From assembly GCA_000708835.1 (NCBI GenBank), contig DF237120.1:62001-126000 (forward strand): a DNA stretch of 64,000 nucleotides, in the 5' to 3' direction. Of the stretch, positions 48,901 through 60,200 are shown in pieces. Origin of the DNA: Klebsormidium nitens (taxonomy: Eukaryota > Plantae > Klebsormidiophyceae). The position numbers and the translations under genes are program-made. Position 1 is the stretch's first letter, and the number at the start of each line of letters is the position of its first letter. A model generated the notes under the pieces. That model was not told where the DNA came from and did not search any database. It was given only the letters and a program-made list of their open reading frames with translations.

Positions 48901-51900
48901 CTGTGCAGTTTACTTTTCTTGTGAGATTCCTGCCAACATAAAGATAGTGCTCAAGCAACCACGAGCCATTCTACTTTTGGTGGTGACACACGGCTTTGGG
49001 AGTCTCCTGCTTTTTCCTTGACTGAAACTCATCTGCGTCGAGAACTCTGGCTCTGATGGACAGCTAGTGTGGGCCGCACGTTGTTGCGCTCACCTTTGAT
49101 AGTTTTGCTTATGAACTGAGGCCATGGGAGTCCGTCCGTTGTGCAGTCATCTCCTCTTTGGGAAGCCAAAAGAAAGAGCTGTCGATTGCGCGTGTCGATT
49201 GCACTTACTAGGCAACTCGATGTTGGTAGCTTAGCGTGTGAGGTCAGCCGCTTGGAAAGGTGCCATTCGACAACTTGTAAGTAATCAGAAGCTTCTTCAA
49301 AGGAAGGTACGGTTGCAATACCCCCCGTTTGGAACCTTGCTCGTTTCGTGACCATGGCGACTGTCTTTACTAATAAGTCTGGTTATGATGGTCAGGCAAC
49401 ACGGGCCTCGCTCTGTTGCGCTCATCTGTCCTGATGATGTTCTGAACTGAGGCCATCGGAGTCGTCCAATGGGTTGTCACCTCCTCTTCTTGTAAGGAAA
49501 TGCTGGAACTGCTGGATGCGCGTGTCGTTATTCCGAGAGCACTGTCTTTCAGCCCAACGATCGTGTCTTTCGACCGTTGAATGTGTGAGTTCGGAAGCTG
49601 AGTCCCGTTTCAAACGAACGGCAAGTCAACAAAGCGTCAGGCCTTCTTGTCGACGGTTTGTGCGTTCTGTTGTCCCAAAAAAAAAAAAACTCCATTGTTG
49701 CGGGAAAAATGTTTGATCTGACGATGTGCCTTGAGTCAGCGAGTGCTGTAAAGTTGCCATTTTACCGTTGTTGGGGCTGTGACGATATGAATGTCCCGGC
49801 GCCAACGGCCTACAAAGTTGTTGAGGCACATTGCCTTTCCATCGGTAGATCCGATAGCCTTGTCTCCTTTTGAGCGGTTCTCTCCGGACCTGTGGACGCT
49901 CTTTGGGTGGATAACCATATTCTTTCTAGCTCTAGAACGTCCAGTCTCGTGTATATGTATACCAGCACTTCCTTTGCGGTACACTTGTTGCCATGTAGCC
50001 AGAAGCCCGAAGCTGAGGGACGCTGCCTGCCACATCGAGATGTTGAGCCCCGGTTCCGCAGCGCCCCAGTAGCGCTGCCGCATAATGAAATGGTAAAGCG
50101 CTGCTGTGGCGCCACGCTTCCCGAAGAGTGGGGCCCTTCTGGCAGACGTTACCGACAGCAACTCCAGGACCTTTTTTGATTGACGGCTGATCTGGAAACT
50201 TTCTCCGTATGGTACTTCAGACTGCTGACGTCATGCTCCGTTGCTTCAGCAAGTGGTGAGCGCCGCTGCGGCAAAATTTTTCCTGCCACAAGCATGGCTG
50301 CATCGTTCCGGGGGATGCGTTGGAGTGACCGGTTCGCCGCGGCCGTTCGGCGGTACTGCGGAAGTTTCACGCTACAATGTATCGAGTGGGTGCATATTTG
50401 ATTTGCGCACGACTGTTTGCCAAAATCGAAGGCACTGACATACCGCAAATATATCAAGTTTACGGGGTCCATCGACTTTCTTATTGGGTCCGCAGCATGT
50501 TGTGTAGTCCTTTCGTTGCCTGGCAGACCACTTTTTTGCGGTATCAATCTGCTTCTAGGACCAAAAGGGTTGCATGGAGGGAGAATCACATGCGGGTGCG
50601 GGAGTGGATGTGATCCGGAACCATTGAGCTCGTTCTCGTTGCTCATTCTTCTTTAGCGGTCTGAAGCCGTGCGGTGACATCCGGTCACTCGTTTATGGCA
50701 CTCGTTTGTTGCTCCGGCTTGGATGATGGGCGAGCACTTGGGCGTGCCTCGCACCCTCAACTCTCTTGTTGAAAGTTTCCTGACGCCGAGCGCACTTGTG
50801 ATCTTGTATGCCCTGTCTCTGTCTCTGCTTCGTCGTGCACTCTTCGTCTTGCTCCACTCTGGTTACTTCGTATAAGATTATATGGCGGTCTTTTGCCCGG
50901 CCGCGCGCTCTATGCTTGCGGATGCAGAAACGGTGAATGCGTCAAGCAGTTTCATTTTTTGAAGGAGCAGGTCGCTCGTTATCCCGTTGATCAACGTGGT
51001 TCAACTTTCAAGGCCAGAGTTCTCTTCGCTCTTAATGCCTCTCAATCTTATGGACGCCCCATATTCGCGTCCTCTAGAGTAGGATACTAAGGTCATCTCA
51101 ACATATCGGTGAGCACGACTATGACTATATTGGCACAGGCGGGGCGTGATCACACGGGCTCCGCATGTTGATTTCTATGTTGACGCCAGACCTAACCACC
51201 TTCGAAACCCAGTCTTTGTGAATCGACCACACGCACACTAGCTGTAACAGGAAGCGATTGTATTAGATCCTAGATAACGTCCTAGGGTACAGAATGCTAT
51301 CTCAAAGCCCCTCACGTGTTGGGAGGTTTGAAGAACTTGGAAGGGCCCTGTGTGGTGACGCGAAGGCCTAACAAGGAGTGTTCAGACCGGGGCTCCAGAA
51401 TCCTAGGGCGAAGCTTGTGATGAAGCTTCTTTTCTTGAAGAATGATCTCGCCGTTGTAACAAAGCCAAGGCCGTTGCTCAGAGGCTTGCAAGGCGGACCT
51501 TCTCTTGCACACGAGCGTTCTGAGTCTGCTCGAGGCCGGTCTCCCAATCACTTGTGGCAATGAACTTAGTACAAGCCCGGAAGCTAGTGTCAGTGCCTGC
51601 AGTCGTCTGAGCCTAAGCAAATCAATCCCGAGAAGCATTTTCCGTTTCAGCATATTGCTATGCAGGCCTTCAGCCCGCCACAAATACGAAGTGCATGACT
51701 ACACGCTTAGTGTGCTGTGAACAGCTAACTGCTGTCTGAGGAGCTCTCTGATTCTATCGAGACCAGTGTCCTCGAAGTTAACGCTTCTGAGCATCAGTGC
51801 CAAGAGTCCTTCCACTGGATCAGACAAGTGATTGCAACACTCCGTTTTGTTCCTTACGAGCTGGAGGACCGATCCAGAGCAAAGCTCTCAACTGCACCAT

Positions 51901-54250
51901 CTTAAACCGAACAAGGCTTCGTGTTTTCACTTAGCTTGGGTTGTGAGGAAATCGGAAACGTTTGATCCTCCTTACAAGAGTGTCACAAGGAGTTCTTGCC
52001 ATCTGATCCCGGTCGAGAAGCTCGCCGTGAGTAACTACTGTGTCACGTCAAAAATGTCCGTCTTGACATTGAACAACAGCGCTCTACCTCTTGCAAGACT
52101 GCATGTGGGTTTCGGCCAACACGACAGAAGATGCTCGGCTAACCTTCCAAATCCCGTTTTGCACTGTGAATTCTTTCCTGAGCGAGATTGTGGCAGATTC
52201 TAGCATCGCAGATAAAGATAAGGCCGCTCTTGTTGGCGCCTTCAGGCGTGACATTGAACATGCTCAAACAACGCTGGAAATGCCTGTATGCGCTAGGCGC
52301 TGTCTTTTGCTAAGTTTGCTTGTGGGCCATGAAAAGAAAGTCTGGCTGCCCGGGCGGAGCCATCCAGTTTGTCACCTCAGTCCGAAACCTGACGCCCCTT
52401 GGTAGATGACGCGCTTTGCTTTTCTGCGGTCTGAGCTGAAGTCGTGCTTGAATTCTGGCTGTTGGTGGCAAAGGCTTGCTTCATATTTTCTGAACGGAAG
52501 ATTGATACTCCAGCTAGAGACAACTTTGTTTCGGCATCAATAAGAAGACCGGAGATAGCGCTCCTTTGAACCCGCATGTATCCTTGGAATTTCTTCTGGA
52601 GGACTTCTTCCGGCCCTCGCGGCAGGAAAATTCACTTAGTTAGTTTTATGGGTTTGACTCTTGCGCGCTTGCCTGCATGCTGATCCAGCCAAAGGGTCTT
52701 GGACGGTGGACTTCATAAAAGGTCGAGGTCTCCATTCTCTAGTTGCTCTCTTTTGAAGGCGTCAGGACCATGGTCAGAATAGGTTATTGATTTGCGGTCC
52801 GAGGGTTTCTTCGAAGATGCGGTAACCATCTTCCAAGCGCTAACATTCTCTGGTTGCCTCGTACAGGTGAGGGATGCCCGCATGTCCTACCTTGTGTTTT
52901 GAGCTTCGAAAGTTCTTTCATCCAAACATAGAGAACCATTTTTCAGCCTGTGCATCAGGTGAGTATCGTTTTTCTTCTTCAATGGCAAGGCCGAAGCGTC
53001 GAAGCTTGCACAATGACGAACAACGAGAAGAGCGGTTTCAGCCTTGGCTTCGACTCCTCCAGAGTCATCTTTACTTGGTTGGCGTGCTGCAACGCCATGC
53101 TTAATCGGTTCTGATCAGAACCTTTGAAGTGTTTCTGACCCCTTGAGAGCATCCCTCTCCAACGTTGTTAAGAACGTATCTGTTGCTGTGATAATTAAGT
53201 TGGTGAGTGGATTTAAACACTGATTTTTGGAATGACTGGTGAATGAAGGTCGAGATATGATCGAGTTGCTTTGCTGAGGACTCGGCCGACAGATAGATGG
53301 GCTGGATCTGGTCCGAGTCACTGTGCCCCTTCGCCGTCCGTTGTGGCTCTCAGAAAGCTGCTTGGCCGCACCTTGCTCGCTTAGAGCAACATATCTGTTA
53401 GCTCTTGATGCCCCTCATACGCGGGTACAATCTAATAAAGTTCGTAGCTTTGTAAGCTCTGCCACCATGCCTTCATTTGCAGCTTGCCAGGAGGAATGTT
53501 TCTTCGCGTAATTTGTGCGGCCAGAACCATTGGAGTTGTCCATCTTGTGAAAACGTACAGATTTTCCTCAAGCAAACATGATGTGCCTTTACCTCTGCCC
53601 ACTTGGGACGATGCAATCCTCTTGGTGCCCCGCTTGGCACCTTGTGCGGGTTTCTTGAACATTACTTTTTCGTGAATCACATCGAAACCGTGGCTATGAA
53701 GGTCAGCCAGTTTGGGCGGCACGTCGCTGCGCTCAAACCGGAATCTGCTGTATCCTGAGGCCGAGCACTATCGACCATTGTCTATCGGTTTCTCCGGTTG
53801 GAAAGGGAGTACACGAGCTGCCGTTGCGCATGTTGAAAGCAACTCTTCTGGGGGTACATAGCGTGTGTGATGTCGGGCCCTGGAAGATGTCTTTTCCATC
53901 AATTTGTGAGTCGAATGAACGTTGGACGCGCGGTTCTAGTGCTCCGGGTCCCGCTTGGGACCTCATGTTGCAGTTTCAACAGTTTTTGATTGAGAACTGG
54001 CTCTGATGGTCAAGCTGTGTGAGCAGCACCTTGTTCCGCTCAACTTAGTTTTGCTTCTCAACTGAGGCCATTGAACTTTGTCGACAGAGCTCTCACTTCC
54101 CTCTGCGGAGGAGAAGGACAATAGTCAATACCTCTAGGAGGCGGATACCTGCCGTGGGGCTGTGATGTTGTGAAGGTCTCGGCTCTTTCCTTCGTTCGAG
54201 GCCAATCTGGGATGTTAAAGCAGAACGCCCCACCCATCGAAGAAGTTCCC
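39950..54250. repeat. Old hierarchical segmental duplication: 2-5 kb units with internal ~330 bp subunits
   Basis: Collinear anchors recur: 'caggtgag' (~39959, ~44775, ~52864), 'gggctgtga' (~41812, ~43568, ~47604, ~49773), 'gcaagtggtg' (~42232, ~48013, ~50250), 'gctccggcttgga' (~42696, ~48479, ~50711) and 'tgtctctgcttcgt' (~42814, ~48623, ~50820). Boundaries are approximate. Confidence 0.8.
40741..54070 (+). other. Array of 14 conserved ~64-80 nt motifs, TGGCTnTGA(T/A)GGTCA...GTGGGC...GCTCA-[11-23 nt variable]-CTGAGGCCA
   Basis: Copies start at 40741, 41084, 41416, 43276, 45554, 45886, 46227, 46556, 46875, 47205, 49048, 49380, 53691 and 53998. Neighbours within runs are 307-343 bp apart. CTGAGGCC is present in 13/14 copies and GCTCA in 12/14. 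The confidence refers to the existence of the motif, not to any function. Confidence 0.8.
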
Positions 54251-57200
54251 ACGAGATATTCTTGTCTCTTCAGCAGGGTTTCGAGGAGCCCAACTGCTAC
54301 TTATAGGTAATTGCATGTTTCTCGTGAAATGTCTTGTTGCATCTACAACTCTAGCAAGGCGTGTCACGGCAGTATTTGAATTTAATTACAATGATCACCA
54401 GACCCCAATCGAGCCCAGTTTATACATGTTTGATGCCTCAATCAAATCTGCAGTAAGGGGCTACCTCTTGAAAAGATAGCGGCAGCAAAGTTAAATATGG
54501 GGTGATTGCTGTTGGGGTTCTAGGACAAGATCTTTTGCATGAAGGAATTTTTCGAGGGTCTCCCCGGCGAATTGTAACACATCGAAAACATAGGTTGCAA
54601 GCGTCTACTTTTGTCTTACTTATCTTAAAGGGTTACCGTCCCACCCTTTTTGTGGTCCACATTCGTAAGATGCAAACTTACAAGTAGCTGGCTTGATGAC
54701 TTTGTCCAACGGCTCTGATGGTATGGAGGTATGAGCGGAGGACGTGTCTCAGTCGTTCTTCGTGCCTGACGCCATGTTGACCTAGAGCTAGACATGTTAC
54801 CCTGGAGTGGTCCGTGAGAATAAGCTCAGATGAAAGGAGGCGTCTCGAAAATCCGAGTCGCGGGCTAGCTGCCTCACTAGTATCTGGGCGTCAAGCCGAC
54901 TGATTTTGAGCGTTTCTCGTGACGGGGACGAAAGCCCTCGTAATGCATCCAGCAGCCGGCAGTGCTATGCGGAGGAGCTAGCTTTGCTGTGCGGCGGTTT
55001 TGCCATGGCTTGCAACGTACGCTCAAATCGAGGGAACATTGTTTGATTCTGGTGAAAGCGCGTTGGCAAGGATGGATGAATACCTTGAGAGCGCAATAGC
55101 TGCCCAGAATTTGAGGTCGCCTTGATGCCACCGTTTGTAGTGCCACGGATGCTTGCTAAATTTCTTTCCTTGGGGATTTGAGTCTGGCGCCAGAATCCGT
55201 TCGACATCTGTGAGAACGCGTGCTCATGCTCTGATTTGATTCACATAATCTGTTCGTTTGGCCCGACATTGGAAGCACAATGGACGCGGAGTGCTTTTTT
55301 TTGTTCATCTTTGCTACTTAGGAGAGATTTTTATACTCGATTATTTCATAATCAGTCTAGTGAGCGGCGCCGTCGCCTCACCATTTGTAGCTTGTTTCAT
55401 GTGAAGATTGTGCCGCAGCTAGTTCGGTTCGAATCTGTGATTTCGGGTTGGTTCTCAACCTGGTCTTCAGATTATCCCTCGATCTCCCATGTTTCCTAGA
55501 CCATTTTGGAACATAATGGCACTGCTACCGGTCTGGCCAGCCTGTGATAATGGGCACTCTTGACAACCCCATCATTGTTCACAGGAGATTTTTGCCCATC
55601 TGAAGCTTCTCACCGGCCCTCCCCTAGTGATCCCGCGTTTGTGACCACCTATGCAGAATACACATATATGGCGCACTTACATACCGTCATTTGCACTTGC
55701 TTCTGGAACCCATCTCGACCGTACCCGTTCATTGCTCCCAAAAACAGGAGCATCGACGCTCACCTTTGCTTCTTGCTTGCAGGTGAGCGGCTGAATTGAC
55801 AAGCCGTCAAAGTACGGCTCCACCATATTTGCAGCCCACCGAGTCCAGCATGTGGTACGGTCATTGCCTTTTCGCGTTCTGATTCTGATTGATGAATCGC
55901 TTGTTGCGACCTCCATCACTTGAAGGGTAGGAGCTTTATTTTGGTCTATATTTAATGCGATGGAGTCCTTGCAACCGGTCTGACGACCACTTTGCTTACT
56001 TTGGCATGACGGCCGTGATAAGGTAGGCCCCAGTCTTGAGCAAGCACGTGCTCAGATAGGGACGTGGACCGCCCGTTCATTTGATGCTGGAGCTCTAGGT
56101 CTTCGCTTCTGATCCCTCCGGGTCGGTCCTGGTCCGCTCCAGTCTCGCAATCAGCGGTTATCAAAGCGCAAAGATGGAAGCCAGTGTAAAAGACGAATTT
56201 TGTTTACGCTGTTTCTTTAACTTTGAGCTCGTGTGAACTCCATGACAAAACACCTTTATGCTTTTCAGTGTGATCCTTGTGTAGCTCCACAATCCGCCGT
56301 AGAACTTGGTCCGGACTAGAATAAAGTTAGTCAGCTGAACATTGTAATGGAGTCTCTTGCCCAAGAGACTCCCCAGCACCAGCCCCAGCACCAGCACACC
56401 TGCTGCAGTCAACTATTGCCGGGTCTGAAATTTGGGCGACGGTTGACCTTGCTGGGGCCGCTTTGCCATCTGAGGAGTGTGGTTTGCGAGCGTGGTCCCT
56501 TCTTTGATTGTGGCATCGGAGGTGGCAGTGATCGAGCCCACTTCAAAACTGAGTGCGCAATTTTGCGCGCTGCTCACCCTTGCCAACTCATCTCTGACGC
56601 CGGGTGGAAGCATGTCCGATTTCGGCTGAGTCGTGCAGCTGACTAGCTGCAATCGTCATGGCAACCCGCTGACTCCAGTACGATTGTAAACAAGACGAGT
56701 GTATTCTTGTTGTGAAACGTGTCATGCGATTCGGCCAGTACTCTATGTAGCATAGAGAGCACTAAATCGTGGACCTTTGTTGCAAGTCACTGTCACGTTG
56801 CAGTGTTTGGTTGCACCCCGGTTCTGGATGCGATGTCGACCAATGGATTTTGCAGCGTCTTTCCCCCGGCGATACCCGATGCTTGTCCGTGTCGAGCGTT
56901 CCTATGCTCTGCTGTGTGCGCAAAAGCGTGCGGCGTTCAAGTTCTTAGCACCTCAATGTGTACCATTGCCAGGCAATCTAGCATTTTTGTGGTTCAGAAG
57001 GTCTTGTTGTATCACGCTTTTGGACCGCGGTGTCTTTTGAATAGGTACTTTCTGAACTCACATTCTATTCAACGCCAATCCTATCTACTTCCGGCCATGA
57101 CGTTCGGGCACGTTGAGCTCACTATGTTGCTCACGGTCTCTTCTAGTCGGCTGAGCAAAATGCCGGTTCTTAAAATGCCGTCATCCACTGGGAACAGCCA

Positions 57201-60200
57201 CCTCCTTACTTTGAAATCTGGACTCGTCAGTCTTTGTCCGTGTCGTCTGAAGCTGCTGTTCTTGTGAGCACCAAAGCCGACCGGGGATTTCACAACGACG
57301 AGATCCCTAGTTTCGTATCCCTACTCGTTCTGGTGGTCACGGCATTCGCTTCTCCTTTGCCACTGAGTTTCGAAGCCGTTGAAAGTCGACCATTGAGCGC
57401 AAAACTTTACTCACCAACTATCAGTCGTACAGAGCCCGAGTTCGCTGCCCACTGCTTCACTATATATGGTCGTGAGTTTCTGAATTTTCAGGCGTATGTA
57501 TGTCGGCCGTGATCGAACAAATCTGAGCTAGTCTGATTGGCTCATCTTGACTTTCTAGCTCGGCGCGATTTTAGGCCGGCTATATTCAAATTGCGTATGC
57601 GAGTGAAGACGCAATCCAAAGCTGGCGCGAGCCTTCCGAAAATATTCGGGAAGGCAGCTTGAAACGTCATGCTTAAATTGTCTGTGTTCCATTACGAGCT
57701 TACTTCGTTACAACATGTGTAACCCAATTCCACTGAGCAAGAGTTACGCGCTTGACTTACTAGGCTTCTAGGCTGCCTCCTCTTGGACGGCACCCACGGC
57801 GCATGCAGGCACTTTTGAGAGGGATTTGAGGGACCCACTTTTCCGGAATGAATGGAAGGCGGTTCTTTCCTTGCTGTAAACACGCGCATCAATAATGATG
57901 GATCAGGCTTGAGCCGACAAGAGCGGCCCACGCTTTTGTTGAGATATGGATGATGCTGCGAAGGAGTGTGATGGCGTCACGACGCTTTGATGCATCCACT
58001 TTCGTCCTATTTTGCCGTTCTTCAGTAGGTTTGTCATTACAGGTGATATGATTAGCACTACTTGCAAACAAAACGAGTCTTGTTGAAGGCCCCCGCTTCT
58101 GAACCCCGTCCATCTTTGTTGGCGGGCCGGTGCTTTTAGTCGTGGCATGTAGCTAGGCCTTCAGCTAGATATTGTGGCCGGGATACTTGAACAGGCTGAG
58201 CGCACCTTGGTGCTCGATTCTTTTTTGTAGCTGGTCTGCTGATGCCACGAGTATGCAACATCACTTCCGCTCTCATTTACAAACGTTGATTGGTGGCCGC
58301 AAAAAACTTTTGTGTGATGCATCCTAACGAATCACTAACATGAAGCACCGGGGGGGATGCTTTCCGTCACCATCTCAAGCGAGAGGCGAGGAAGGTACCT
58401 GCTGAATCTGCCATAACGGTGCACCAGGAACCATGTCTATATAAATTCTCACGATTGTTACGGGGGGGTTACGGATGAGGGAGGGAAACCATTTAATTGC
58501 TGTCAACAGATCCTTTCGTTCGTCGCGTCAGCCGCTTTACGTTGAGCTACCTCGGAACTGAATTGTGCGTCACGAATATTGTTGTGCCGCTTGCGAGCCG
58601 ATGGTAGGCCTTCAATGGAAGTGCCCATTATTGGCACAAGCTGGACTCCGGCACACGGTTCTGCTTCTTTCGTGCTCCTCCGCCGTTGCATTCAACTGTC
58701 TCTTCGGGTTTTTACAAGGCCACCCAGAAAGTTGTTTGAGTATTGCTCTTGTGAGGCCGCCGCTTTACTGTCCGGCTCGTTGTAGCGGACACCGACCAGA
58801 TTCTGAGTCTCTGATGTGCTGTCATCGTTAGAAAAGGTGGCCGGGATAGTTGATCAATACTGATCCAGATTGATTGCTCACAATTTCTTTCTTCGCCCTA
58901 TTGAAGCCACGTTAGCTGCATCATGCGTCATCATATATTGCGGCCGGAGTTTCAATTTGATGCCACGCTACAGCGCAACGGGTTACGCCCGTTATTCTGC
59001 CAATCTGTAAATCCAGAAGACTTCGTTGGATCGTATCAAAGGTACTGTTGAATTTTCGTGTTGGCAGGGAAAGTATCCGACATCCTGAGCTCGCACAATC
59101 GAGCCGGCGCTCAAGTGAAGTCCGGCCGGAGATGTCCATTGAGCCGCCCAATCTTTGTTGACACTGTTGAAACTCAAAGTTGTGCCTCCTTTCGGCCGAG
59201 TTGAGTGATCACGGCCCCCAAGAAATTTCTGTTCAACATTTTGATCTCCTTTTCTAGATCGCGTCTTGTGCGCTATTTTCGGGGATGACTCTGTCTCGTG
59301 GAAACAACACAACATTCAGGCTCTGCTCGGCCTTCTCTTTGTTTGAACGGCGACGCTCGAGCGCTTGGTCACTTTTTTCACCAAAAAATCTGGCCGAGTG
59401 CCTCTGCTTCATATTCCTGGTTACGGCAAGTGTTTCTCACCATACCCCCCAGGCTTCAACGATGTCTTGCTGCTTACAATCGCCTTGCTTTGGCAGCTAC
59501 CTTCACCTCTCCCGGCCCTGTCCTTTGGCTCTGACTGCCCTTTTCGGATCACTCGCTGAGCAAGCAGTGGCCACTCATGCCCGCTTGGTCGCACCTCACG
59601 TCAATGCTCGACGCCGCCTACCGCATTCGCTTTGTTCTCCCTGAGCTTAACAGTCACCAATCTTGCATACCTGCTGATTTGCTAATCAGCTTAGCAACCC
59701 CGCCCTCGCGTCGTGGCGCGCGTAGCTTCCATCTAAGTATGCACCACGTTGCCCTGTTTACGAGCAGCTATGCTAGCAGCAGCGTCAGGTATGATTTGAA
59801 AGCGTTCCGTGCTGCGTCAAGAACAAGTCTATCTGACGGATCGTACGCGAGTTTTTTTTGAGTCCCGCTTCATACTCTGCTGCAGAATCAGGTTCACCTG
59901 CGTCGGCCATGACCGGCGAACATATTTGAGCTTCCGGTTGCTCAAAAGTCCTCTGTTCCTGATGCCGCATAATCCGAGCATGTCGCTTGTGAATCGTAGA
60001 GACTGGAGTCGGTCTATTAAATGCGACAAAACAGCCTGACGCTTACTAATTCGCAGCCCATGCTTTCGTAGTCTTTGATGTTGGAAAGTGACGTGTCACG
60101 CAAAAGCCTGCAAGCTTCGCGTTCGGACTGACCCTTCTTAAGGTTCTCTTGTGTGTGACGAGAAGCAGCGATCTGAGCGGATTCTGTGCACGCTCATTTG

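Noticed and set aside
40741-54070. CRISPR array
   Set aside because: The context is eukaryotic, there are no cas genes, the repeats are degenerate and ~330 bp apart, and the intervening sequences are homologous to each other rather than unique spacers.
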